In this document: positions 42,545-51,080 of the stretch, one piece after another
How positions within the stretch are numbered: the stretch's first letter is position 1
Layout: each line of letters starts with the position of its first letter
From: an uncultured Planctomycetales bacterium
Lineage (GTDB): Bacteria > Omnitrophota > Gorgyraeia > Zapsychrales > JBDRMG01
Direction: 5' to 3'
Length of the DNA: 52,931 nucleotides
Assembly: GCA_964478715.1 (NCBI GenBank)
Contig: CAYZIY010000012.1
Coordinates: 1-52,931, forward strand
Position numbers and translations under genes: made by a program
Notes under the pieces: generated by a model
Told to the model about the DNA's origin: nothing
What the model saw: the letters and a program-made list of their open reading frames with translations, nothing else
The model's database searches: none

Positions 42545-43186
42545 GTGAAACTCGAATTTATAAAAGAAAAAGTAGACAAAAATTTGTCTGATGAAAAAAA
42601 GAAAAAAATTGATGTCCTCATAGCAAAGTATCTCGAAGAGACTTCAAGTGAATCCATTGCAAATGAAGTGACATCGACATTTCAAGAAGTAAGAAAAAAT
42701 TTTCAGTTCCAGAAAATCGTTATGGAAGAGCCGGATGATTTATGGAATGAAGCAGGAAGATTCTGGTTCGAAATGTATCTCAGCTTTCCAGACATTAGAG
42801 GAAAGATCCCTTACGACGAAACAGCAAAGAAAGTTTCAAAGTCAAGAGTAGCAGAATTGCTAGGGGCAAACTATAACAACATTAAACCAATATGTGCAGT
42901 TGCAGGAGACATTTCTCTTGGAGGAATACCAGAAATAATAGAAAAAGTATTTTTCATAATGCAAGAAGACGCAATCGAAAGATACCTCAATAGCAGAATA
43001 TGGAAATATTTCGAAGAATACGAATATGACCCCTATGCAGTTCAATACATAGCCCTAAAGTATCTCAATAAATACAAGCCAGAAACAGAATTAACACAAA
43101 GCAAGAACGTTCAATTCTTCGGGTACCATACCTTATATGGAATTTACGGACTGGACAAATTGCTAAAATTACACGCAAAAAAATAG
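42545..43186 (+). CDS. hypothetical protein
   Basis: 213-aa ORF with a GTG start. AAAGGAGCA lies upstream. Confidence 0.45.
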   Translation: MKLEFIKEKVDKNLSDEKKKKIDVLIAKYLEETSSESIANEVTSTFQEVRKNFQFQKIVMEEPDDLWNEAGRFWFEMYLSFPDIRGKIPYDETAKKVSKSRVAELLGANYNNIKPICAVAGDISLGGIPEIIEKVFFIMQEDAIERYLNSRIWKYFEEYEYDPYAVQYIALKYLNKYKPETELTQSKNVQFFGYHTLYGIYGLDKLLKLHAKK

Positions 43187-43188
43187 CG

Positions 43189-43395
43189 ATGAAAAACATA
43201 ACAGAAGAAATACTCAAAATTTATAGCGAATCAAAAAACAGAATACTTCTATACGTAGAAGCATCTGTTCCGCCAGAACAATTTAGAGCCCTAAGGAAAC
43301 TAATACTCGACGAATTGGGACAAAGCGGAGCAGAAGGAAAAGTTAAGGAATTGCTAAACAAATATGACAAATGGGATGAATCGGAAGATGATTAA
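43189..43395 (+). CDS. small hypothetical protein
   Basis: 68-aa ORF, 2 nt after the upstream stop. Confidence 0.4.
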   Translation: MKNITEEILKIYSESKNRILLYVEASVPPEQFRALRKLILDELGQSGAEGKVKELLNKYDKWDESEDD

Positions 43396-43575
43396 GACAT
43401 GCAATACTGCCTAACAATGGAAGCGATGAAGTCCTTTAAAGAAATAATAAAAAATATGTCAAAAGAGCAACTTAGAACAACGAAGATTCTCCGAGATGGA
43501 AAGGTTGTACAACTAAAAGTAAAAAGGTAAGGGCAGGCAAGAGCTGAAAATTGCAAGAAAGGAGACTGTTCATGA

Positions 43576-44214
43576 TTGACCCATAAACTAAGCGTATTAG
43601 AACTTTTTTCTGGAACGCAGATGATAACAGATGCTTTCAGAAAGCAAGGGCACAACGTGTTTTCAGTAGACAACAACAAAAGTCTTAGTCCAGACTTATG
43701 CGCAGACATAAGCCAATTACAGCTAAGCGACATCCCGTTTCATCCTCATGTCATTTGGGCAAGTCCGCCATGCACATGTTTCAGTGTGGCGAGCATAAAT
43801 AAACACTGGAAAAACGGCGAAGCAAGCAAAGAAGCAAAAGACTCGACACGGTTAGTGGCGAAAACTTTTGAAATAATAATGCTATCACGGCCTGTATTCT
43901 GGTTTATAGAGAATCCACGTGGCATGATGAGAAAATTGCCGATACTTGATGCTCTGGCGAAAAACACAGTGACATACTGCCAGTATGGCGACACGAGAAT
44001 GAAACCAACAGACATATGGACAAACTGTACAGCATGGAGGCCTAAACCGCCATGCAAATGTGGCGACCTGTGTCATGACGCATCCCCAAGGGGAAGCAGA
44101 ACAGGCACTCAAGGATTAAAAAACGCAGTAGAAAGAAGCCGAGTCCCAACAATGCTATGCCAAGAAATAGTAAACATATGTGAACAATTAATAACCCCCA
44201 ATAAAAAACAATGA
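43576..44214 (+). CDS. compact DNA cytosine-5 methyltransferase-like protein (212 aa)
   Basis: Motif I-like is LELFSGT. Motif IV is ASPPCTCFS (PC catalytic Cys). Motif VI is FIENPRG. Motif VIII-like is YCQYGDTRMKPT. Motif X-like is RSRVPTMLCQEIV. TTG start. Confidence 0.6.
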   Translation: MTHKLSVLELFSGTQMITDAFRKQGHNVFSVDNNKSLSPDLCADISQLQLSDIPFHPHVIWASPPCTCFSVASINKHWKNGEASKEAKDSTRLVAKTFEIIMLSRPVFWFIENPRGMMRKLPILDALAKNTVTYCQYGDTRMKPTDIWTNCTAWRPKPPCKCGDLCHDASPRGSRTGTQGLKNAVERSRVPTMLCQEIVNICEQLITPNKKQ

Positions 44215-44441
44215 GAAATCAGAATCAGCGAAAGAATAAAAAAAGGGTTTGCGGAAAGGTAATCCGGCATTTCTTTGTCGAGATTGCAGACGCCAGCTCT
44301 GACTCTGCGCTGTATTCTAATTCAAGCAATCCTTATGTTCAGATGACGGAAGAGGAAAGGCTTCGGGATTTTATTGAGATGTTTGGGGTTTTGTGGGCGG
44401 AGTCTTGCAGAGAGGCTCAGGAAAAAAATGATTCCATTTAA
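44211..44441 (+). CDS. hypothetical protein
   Basis: 76-aa ORF with an ATGA overlap with the methyltransferase-like gene. Confidence 0.35.
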   Translation: MRNQNQRKNKKRVCGKVIRHFFVEIADASSDSALYSNSSNPYVQMTEEERLRDFIEMFGVLWAESCREAQEKNDSI

Positions 44442-44488
44442 AAGAAAATTTGCTATAATGTTACTCGTGCGAAACAGGAGAGAACATT

Positions 44489-46345
44489 ATGGCTAAGAAA
44501 TCTAGAAGTTGGAAGCAGGTCACAACAATTCATAGTTTCAAGGATTCCAGAGTCGTCCGTGTCTTTGGCATTGCTCGTGTCTCCACCGATAAGCAGGCAA
44601 GGAAGGTTGGGGAGTCTTTGGATCATCAGAAGGAAGTGCTTGAAAATTGGGTTAGGGCAAAGTCTAGTCTTCATGCTCCGCAGGATTGGAAGCTTGTTGA
44701 CGTGTTTGTCGAAAATGAAGATGCAGATGGGAAGCGGAAGGGGCGTACTGCAACGAAGCGAGATGGAAGAAAGGGGCTTTCTAAGGCATTGGAGCTTGCG
44801 CGACTTGGGATGATTGATGTTGTTTTGGTTACTAAGCTTGACCGTCTTGCTAGAAACGTTGCTGATTACATCGATATCTCTGCTGAGTTTAACGAAAATG
44901 ACGTTGCTCTGGTCTGTCTTGATTTGGATATCGACGCTTCTACCCCCGACGGGCAAATGGTCATGAGGCAACACGCCAATTTAGCCCAGTGGCAAGCAGA
45001 ACGCATCGCTCAATACAGTATGGAGACTGTGAAGAGGCATGTTGAGCAAGGCAGGCCAATCGGCCCCCCACCTGTTGGTTACAGAAAGGCAAAGGATTCC
45101 AATGGCAAGACTACCTTTGAACCAGACCCCACATATAAAAAGCATGTTGCTTTTATTGATAAGACTTACCTTCGACTCAAAAGTGTTGATAAAGTCATAA
45201 AGGCACTTCACAAAAAGGGCTATAAATCTCCAAAGGGAAAAACGTATTCTAAGCCCCAAGTTTCACGAATTCTTCAAAATGTCAGATATCTTGGCAAACA
45301 GGAGCATGATGGAAAAGTTTGCGATGGCAATTGGGAGGCGATTAGGACTTCAACAGATTATAAGATTATTCAGAAAATTTTAGGAATGAACAGGAAGAGC
45401 CGTCACAGCGTAAATTGTGAAAGTCCAAAATACGTATATTTAGCGCAAAGCATTCTTAAGTGTAGCGTGTGCGGTTCAAGTATGATCGCAAGACCAGCAA
45501 CAGGCAGAGGCGGAAAGTATTATCCTTATTACCTGTGCCTTAAGGCGCACCAGACGAACGGCATTGATTGTGAACGGATATATCTGTCAGCAGAAGCCGT
45601 TGATGAGGCAATCATTGAGATACTTAGGCACTTACGGTTGGACTCTAAGGTTGTTTCAAAGATTGTTAAGGGCGCAAATGAAGCAACGGCATCCACGTTA
45701 GTTGTTCTTGAAGGAGACTTGGACAGAGTTCAGGAAAGCCTTAAAGATGTACGCACAAAAATCTCTAACCTAGTGGATGTTCTTGCAGGAGGAGGGATGT
45801 CCTCTGTGAGCGCTGTCAGAGATAAGCTTGAGGCATTGAATCAGGAAGAACAGGAATTATCTCATGAAGAAAACAGACTGAAGCAGGAAATTGAGTCAGA
45901 AAAGGTTCAGGCAGGAACAGCCCACGAATACATTAAAGCTCTTCAACTTTTCAACGATTTTTATGAGATGAACAAGGAGAAGAAAGAGCGCATAAAAGTC
46001 CTTATACCCCGCCTAATCAATTCAGTTATCTGCGAAATCACCGACAAAAAGAGAGGGATCGGAAAGCTCAAAATAGGACTCTTTGGAAGACCTTTTGATC
46101 GGGGGCATAACGCAGGCGTCTGGAATGAAGTGTTGAAAAAGATAGCCGATGAATGTTATAATAATAAACTTCTTAAGAATTTGGAAGGAAAGATAGCCTC
46201 AAAACCTCAGACAAAAAGTAGGAAGAAGTCAAAGGCAGTAGCCTGTAAAATGAGCAGAGGCTCGTTGGCAACTTGTATTGACAAACGTTTTTACAATAGC
46301 GGTTCGCACGGAATAACCCCTGCGACCCCATGGTTCGGCGTGTAA
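44489..46345 (+). CDS. large serine recombinase (resolvase domain + recombinase domain + zinc ribbon + coiled coil)
   Basis: VFGIARVSTDKQ carries the catalytic Ser. Other elements are VLVTKLDRLARN, the zinc ribbon CSVCGSSM...YYPYYLC and a coiled coil. The last 7 codons and the stop lie inside the right direct repeat. Confidence 0.9.
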   Translation: MAKKSRSWKQVTTIHSFKDSRVVRVFGIARVSTDKQARKVGESLDHQKEVLENWVRAKSSLHAPQDWKLVDVFVENEDADGKRKGRTATKRDGRKGLSKALELARLGMIDVVLVTKLDRLARNVADYIDISAEFNENDVALVCLDLDIDASTPDGQMVMRQHANLAQWQAERIAQYSMETVKRHVEQGRPIGPPPVGYRKAKDSNGKTTFEPDPTYKKHVAFIDKTYLRLKSVDKVIKALHKKGYKSPKGKTYSKPQVSRILQNVRYLGKQEHDGKVCDGNWEAIRTSTDYKIIQKILGMNRKSRHSVNCESPKYVYLAQSILKCSVCGSSMIARPATGRGGKYYPYYLCLKAHQTNGIDCERIYLSAEAVDEAIIEILRHLRLDSKVVSKIVKGANEATASTLVVLEGDLDRVQESLKDVRTKISNLVDVLAGGGMSSVSAVRDKLEALNQEEQELSHEENRLKQEIESEKVQAGTAHEYIKALQLFNDFYEMNKEKKERIKVLIPRLINSVICEITDKKRGIGKLKIGLFGRPFDRGHNAGVWNEVLKKIADECYNNKLLKNLEGKIASKPQTKSRKKSKAVACKMSRGSLATCIDKRFYNSGSHGITPATPWFGV

Positions 46346-46724
46346 AAAGCCCCTCTTAAGAGGGGCTTTTTACGTGCTCACCAGAGCCCTGAGCTCTTGC
46401 AGTGAGCGGAGTCGAACTGTGTCGAAGGGTGTGATATAATTCCTTTTATGTGGCATGTCTATATTTTAGAATGTAAGGATAAGACTCTTTATACTGGCGT
46501 CACAAATGATATTTGTCGACGAGTAAAAGAGCACAATGATAAGAAAGGGTGCAATTATACCAGAAGCCGCACGCCTATTAAACTAATCTTCCAAGAATCC
46601 TGCCCGAGCATGTCATCTGCATTAAAACGTGAAGCCCAGATTAAAAAATGGAGCAAGTCCAAGAAGTTATCGCTGATTCACGGAGATCTTCAAGGTTTGA
46701 TAAAGTTAGCCAAATCCCGAGAGT
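46325..46724 (+). repeat. right copy of 400-bp direct repeat
   Basis: Identical by eye to 724-1123. Confidence 0.9.
46344..46371. terminator. bidirectional intrinsic terminator hairpin (repeat copy)
   Basis: The same AAAAAGCCCCTCTTAAGAGGGGCTTTTT sequence. It begins at the last two bases of the serine recombinase stop codon (46343-46345). Confidence 0.7.
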
Positions 46725-46729
46725 TTTGA
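46448..46729 (+). CDS. GIY-YIG nuclease family protein (second copy, one extra C-terminal residue)
   Basis: Identical to 847-1125 except the end is ...SREF-stop rather than ...SRE-stop, because the repeat ends at the stop codon. Confidence 0.85.
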   Translation: MWHVYILECKDKTLYTGVTNDICRRVKEHNDKKGCNYTRSRTPIKLIFQESCPSMSSALKREAQIKKWSKSKKLSLIHGDLQGLIKLAKSREF

Positions 46730-46937
46730 GGCCAATAAACCCTGAGCCTGTCGAAGGGACTCTCGAATCGGGCTTCTGGTTTCAGGCCAAAGGTTTCAGC
46801 ATATATCGACATATATGAGTATTCTTTATAGGCAAAATTAGCATGAAACCACTTGGCCAATTATTTGCGATCAGTTTAGGAAAATACTCTCAGTTTCATG
46901 TTTGATTGGCAGAATAGACCCCTCCCAGAGTGTTAAG

Positions 46938-46966
46938 TTGACAACGGCAAAAACACATGTTACCCT
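46938..46966 (+). promoter_or_regulatory. candidate sigma70 promoter for fic
   Basis: TTGACA (46938-43), a 17-nt spacer, then TACCCT (46961-66). Confidence 0.35.
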
Positions 46967-47001
46967 ATACAATATACTATACGATAACTATACGATAGAA
47001 T

Positions 47002-48012
47002 ATGCATAAACCCGATTATAGAATTTCCAATCATTTTCTTTCTCTTGTTAAGGAGATAACGGAGCTTACGCTCAAGATCGAACAAGCGAAGGTAACTTTT
47101 CCGTTAGTCGCGAGGCTGCAAAGGGAGGCCTTGAGCCGGAATGCGCACTCTTCCACTTCGATTGAGGGAAATGTTTTGTCTTTGGCTCAAGTGTCTGCTT
47201 TAAGCGAAAACAGGGATATCGATGCTGATATTCGTCAGAAAAAAGAGGTAGCTAATTATATTGAAGTTCTTCGCTGGATACTTAAAAATTACAATTCATC
47301 CATAACCGAGAAAAAATTGCTAAAATTACACAAAATGATTGTTGCGGGCCTTATTCCTGATTCTAAAGCCGGCCGCTATAAAACGAAGCAAAATTATGTT
47401 GTCAACGGTAAAGGAGTTGTTATTTATACTGCAGCAAGCCCGAAGTCAAGTCCAAAACTGTTTAGAGATTTGATTCGTTGGATTAATCAGAGCAACAATA
47501 TTCATCCTATTATTGTGAGCTCAGTTTTTCACCATCAATGTGTTTCCATCCACCCTTTTTCGGATGGCAACGGCCGATTAGCCAGGGCGGCAGCACAATG
47601 GGTCCTTTATAAACGCGGATTTGACCCTCAACATATTTTATCTCTGGATGATTATTACGCACAGAACCGTCAGAAGTATTATGATAAAATCCAGCAAGCA
47701 CGAGACCTGGATTATGATTTAACCTATTGGATTGAGTATGCGGCAGAGGGAATTTTAGAAACTTTAAGAAAAATGCATTCCAGAGTATCAAAATTCTCAG
47801 TATCTTCAAAAACGAAGATTGCTATTACGCCAAAGCAGGAAGAACTTCTCGAGTTTTTAAAAATGCATGGAAGTTTGAGTTCTTCTGAAATCGGAAAGCT
47901 GCTTAAGGTCAATCGGGCAAGAGTGAACCAACTGATCGTGCCGCTTATTAAATCAAAGATTGTTGTCCGAGAGGGATCTGCTAGGGCAACCCGGTATTAT
48001 TTTGGTAAATAA
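47002..48012 (+). CDS. fic: Fic/DOC family protein with C-terminal winged-helix
   Basis: The canonical Fic motif HPFSDGNGRLAR is present. The C-terminal region is wHTH-like (ITPKQEELLEFLKMHGSLSSSEIGKLLKVNRARVNQLI). Confidence 0.9.
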   Translation: MHKPDYRISNHFLSLVKEITELTLKIEQAKVTFPLVARLQREALSRNAHSSTSIEGNVLSLAQVSALSENRDIDADIRQKKEVANYIEVLRWILKNYNSSITEKKLLKLHKMIVAGLIPDSKAGRYKTKQNYVVNGKGVVIYTAASPKSSPKLFRDLIRWINQSNNIHPIIVSSVFHHQCVSIHPFSDGNGRLARAAAQWVLYKRGFDPQHILSLDDYYAQNRQKYYDKIQQARDLDYDLTYWIEYAAEGILETLRKMHSRVSKFSVSSKTKIAITPKQEELLEFLKMHGSLSSSEIGKLLKVNRARVNQLIVPLIKSKIVVREGSARATRYYFGK

Positions 48013-48321
48013 AAATGGGCGGCCCCCGCATTGGCAGTAGCCACCCTTATAAAGCTACTTAAAGTGTAATATTTCATTCGTTTCAAGTTAAGGGAAATCA
48101 ATTTTTCATATTTTCATATTTTAATTAAAAATTCTACATCCTACTTGGGGAGCCAGAGAATTTGATGATAAAGCATAATTCTTCGGTAATTTTAAAGTCA
48201 ACCCTGTCCCTAACCGGAGGCGCCGGGAAATCGGCTCCTTTTTTCTGGAAACCCCGGGTTCGAGAATCCGGAAGTCACCCCGCCAAATTGAAATCAATAA
48301 AAATTATCTGAAAAAATTGTG

Positions 48322-48366
48322 TTGACATTAAAACAAGTTGTGTTAATTTATTCAGAAAGGTAACAC
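48322..48366 (+). promoter_or_regulatory. nikR promoter region with GTGTTA-N15-TAACAC inverted repeat
   Basis: TTGACA lies at 48322-27 and an AT-rich -10 candidate (TAATTT) at 48344-49. The inverted-repeat arms are 48340-45 and 48361-66, just before the ATG at 48373. Confidence 0.4.
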
Positions 48367-48372
48367 ATTAAT

Positions 48373-48768
48373 ATGAAACGATTTGGCGTATCTCTAGAAG
48401 ATAATTTGTTAGATGAGCTGGATGACTTGGTTCGAAGGCATAAACTGCCTAACCGCTCCCAGGCCATACGGTATCTCATCCGGCGCAATCTCGCGAAAGA
48501 ACAATGGGACACAAACCGCGTTGTCAGCGGTTGTGTTGTCCTTGTCTATGACCACCACAAAAGGGATCTTCTCAATAAAGCTGTGGACATCCAGCACAAA
48601 TATCAGAATTTAGTATTGTCTTCCCAGCATGTCCATCTTGATCACGATAATTGTATTGAGACAATAGCCTTAAAAGGGAAGGCGCAGGATCTAAAAGAAC
48701 TCGCAGACAGGCTTATTGGGTTAAAAGGCATGAAACACGGTGAGCTGGTGATGAGCACTTTAGGATAA
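48373..48768 (+). CDS. nikR: nickel-responsive regulator NikR (ribbon-helix-helix + metal-binding ACT-like domain)
   Basis: The N-terminal RHH is [20 protein letters not shown]. The metal-site motif [17 protein letters not shown] is as in NikR. Confidence 0.85.
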   Translation: MKRFGVSLEDNLLDELDDLVRRHKLPNRSQAIRYLIRRNLAKEQWDTNRVVSGCVVLVYDHHKRDLLNKAVDIQHKYQNLVLSSQHVHLDHDNCIETIALKGKAQDLKELADRLIGLKGMKHGELVMSTLG

Positions 48769-48983
48769 AAATTTTTTTGAAATATGGTAACACGATATTA
48801 AGGAAAGTGTTAACATAAATGCGTTTCAGTGTGCTACTTGGAGGTATAAATGGCGACCCCGCTGACCAACTCTGGAAAAGCGGCAGCGGGGCGCTGGAAC
48901 TCAAGGAACAGCAATAATCATCCCTAAGCCCATAGAAATTATACCACATCTATGACTTAAGGGATAAACAAAAGGAGGCCACG

Positions 48984-51053
48984 ATGTGGGTTAAAAGGAT
49001 TTTTGTTTTTGTGTTTGCGGTTATGGTTTTTACTGCCGCGCAAAATAGTTTTGCCGAACCAGAAGATGTAAACAAAAATAATCAATTCAATTTGGGGCAA
49101 ATAGTTGTTTCGGCTACAAGAAGCGAGATTTCACGTTTTGACGCCTCACAGGATGTCACCGTAATTAATAGCGATGAAATTATGGCTTCTCCGTTTGATC
49201 GCGTTGAAGATATCGTGCGCAGTGTTCCCGGTGTATACAATTTCAGGCATTACAGCCTGCAAACCAATGGTATCGTTAATCCTCTGGTAATGCGCGGTGT
49301 CGGCCAAAGCCGGGTTTTGGTGCTGGTAGACGGCGTTCCACAGAACGATAATTTCAATAATGCTATTGCCTGGGTAGCCTGGGGGCATATCCCCAAAGAA
49401 GCCATTGAGCGCATTGAAATAGTGCGAGGTCCGACCTCAGCGCTTTATGGTTCCGAGGGGTTGGGGGGAGTTATACATATTATTACTAAAAATCCGAAAG
49501 ATAAACGGCAGACATTAATTCACGGGCAGGGGGGAACAGCTAATACTTACAGCGGCTATGGTTTCCATAGCCAGAAGATTAAAGATTTTGGTTTTCTGTT
49601 ATCAGGCGGGTACGAGGAAAGCGACGGGTTTTATATGACCCAAGATCCCCAATCTTATAATATCAAAAGACATCGTAAAGCAGGTAAGGTTTTTGGCAAG
49701 GCGTCTTATGATATAACCCCAGCGTCTAATATATCTTTTGCAGCGCTGTATTATGATCACGAAACAGGAAAAGGGCGGGAATTTTTCTACGATGAATTAA
49801 CGCTTGATCAGTACTGGATAAACTACAAACATGCAGGGGAATCGTTTGATTTGAGTGGATTGGTTTATTTAAACCGCGCGGATAAGATTGCCTATCAGGA
49901 CTCCGCGTCCGATAATTATACGTCTTTGCTAAGAATGGAAAAGATGCCGACGACTACATGGGGCGCTGACTTTCAGGGAACCGTACCGTTCGGTTCACAA
50001 GCGAAATTCATTTTAGGCACCGCCTACAAAGAGGCTTCCTGGGATTTCGATAATGAATATGTCGCCAGCACAAGGGATGCCGGAGCCGAAGGTAAGCAGC
50101 GTTTTATTTCTCCATTTATCAATTTGGATGTGCGTTTTTTAGAAGAGAGTGTTATTGTTAATTTTGGCGCCCGGTATGACTGGATCGAAACTCTTGATGG
50201 AGCCAATCGGGATACCTCCGCCAGCGCGGGAAAATCCGCCTACAACAATAAATTTGACAGTAATACGGAAAGCAGTTTTTCTCCCAAGCTGGGGGTTGCT
50301 TGGCATCCGGATGAGAAAACTACGATTAGGGCATCGGGTGGAAAAGGTTTTCGCGCTCCCAACTTGTTCGAGCTCTATAAGGTTCATGTGCGCGGCGGCG
50401 GGACGTATTATCGCGAAGCCAATCCCGATCTAAAGCCCGAAGAGATTTGGTCGTATGATTTGGGAGCGGAGCGCCTTCTGACGGAAAATCTTTTAGGCAA
50501 ATTAACATTCTATCAGTCGTTTGCCAAGGATTATATCGGAGACCGTCTTACGGGAACCGGCACATTCAGCGGCGGCAAAACCAGATATGAGTATAAGCTT
50601 GATAATATTAATGAAGTGGACATTTACGGCATTGAAGCTGAACTGAACTGGCAAGTCATAAATGACCTCAACATTTTTACTAATTATACTTATAACATTT
50701 CTAAAATCAAAAAAGACACAAATGACGCCGCGCTCGAAGGCAATTTTTTATCGAATGACCCCCGGCACAGCGTTCATTGCGGGTTGCGATATCAGAACCC
50801 CAAATTTGCTGATATATCTCTGACAGGTAACTATTACGCAGGTATCTATTACGACAGCGAAAATACTTTTAAGCCAGGCGACTACTTTACTGTGGACCTG
50901 GCAGTTTCGCGTAAATTCTTTGATCAGTTTAGGGCGTATGTCAACGTGGAAAACATTTTTAATAAAGAATATCCGATATTCCGTTCTTTGTCTTCCGGAG
51001 ATACGACCGCTCCGGGGACGATTGTTACCGCGGGAGCGAAATTTGAGTTTTAG
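48984..51053 (+). CDS. TonB-dependent outer-membrane receptor
   Basis: A signal peptide is present. Plug-domain motifs are IVVSATRSE and DVTVI. The barrel region ends with the terminal Phe (AGAKFEF). Confidence 0.9.
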   Translation: MWVKRIFVFVFAVMVFTAAQNSFAEPEDVNKNNQFNLGQIVVSATRSEISRFDASQDVTVINSDEIMASPFDRVEDIVRSVPGVYNFRHYSLQTNGIVNPLVMRGVGQSRVLVLVDGVPQNDNFNNAIAWVAWGHIPKEAIERIEIVRGPTSALYGSEGLGGVIHIITKNPKDKRQTLIHGQGGTANTYSGYGFHSQKIKDFGFLLSGGYEESDGFYMTQDPQSYNIKRHRKAGKVFGKASYDITPASNISFAALYYDHETGKGREFFYDELTLDQYWINYKHAGESFDLSGLVYLNRADKIAYQDSASDNYTSLLRMEKMPTTTWGADFQGTVPFGSQAKFILGTAYKEASWDFDNEYVASTRDAGAEGKQRFISPFINLDVRFLEESVIVNFGARYDWIETLDGANRDTSASAGKSAYNNKFDSNTESSFSPKLGVAWHPDEKTTIRASGGKGFRAPNLFELYKVHVRGGGTYYREANPDLKPEEIWSYDLGAERLLTENLLGKLTFYQSFAKDYIGDRLTGTGTFSGGKTRYEYKLDNINEVDIYGIEAELNWQVINDLNIFTNYTYNISKIKKDTNDAALEGNFLSNDPRHSVHCGLRYQNPKFADISLTGNYYAGIYYDSENTFKPGDYFTVDLAVSRKFFDQFRAYVNVENIFNKEYPIFRSLSSGDTTAPGTIVTAGAKFEF

Positions 51054-51080
51054 TACAAAAGCAGAGAGGAAGATTACGTT

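Larger units (their letters stand above)
724..46724. mobile_element. ~45.6-kb integrative (probably mobilizable) element with defence cargo, bounded by 400-bp direct repeats
   Basis: Identical 400-bp repeats lie at both ends. A large serine recombinase abuts the right repeat and a tyrosine recombinase lies internally. Anti-restriction, relaxation and translocase genes are present. The flanking genes are housekeeping-like. Confidence 0.6.

Noticed and set aside
43399-43530. 43-aa + strand ORF (MQYCLTMEAMKSFKEIIKNMSKEQLRTTKILRDGKVVQLKVKR) upstream of the methyltransferase-like gene
   Set aside because: It is plausible given gene packing, but it is too short, has no motif and lacks a convincing RBS.
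44453-44974. 173-aa minus-strand ORF and other long antisense ORFs (e.g. 4918-5334, 12486-12815, 23527-23877, 38193-38579, 38625-39077, 42172-42504)
   Set aside because: All lie antisense within longer, motif-supported genes. They are typical shadow ORFs in AT-rich, Lys/Glu-rich coding DNA.
48221-48250. Possible terminator/attenuator GGAG..CCG-GGAAAT-CGGCTCC followed by TTTTTT upstream of nikR
   Set aside because: The stem needs a 3-nt bulge and lies 200 nt after the fic stop. It is plausible but too weak to call as a feature.
48251-48285. tRNA/tmRNA-like 3' end (CCCCGGGTTCGAGAATCCGGAAGTCACCCCGCCA)
   Set aside because: The T-loop is disrupted (GTTCGAGAAT, 10 nt between 4-bp arms). The candidate 5' acceptor strand (GGGGAGC near 48148) pairs poorly, and no D or anticodon arms can be drawn. 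At most it is a degenerate relic.
48831-48842. TTTCAGTGT match to the element promoter motif in the nikR-receptor intergenic region
   Set aside because: Only a 9-nt core matches, and it lies outside the element. This is expected by chance at this window size.
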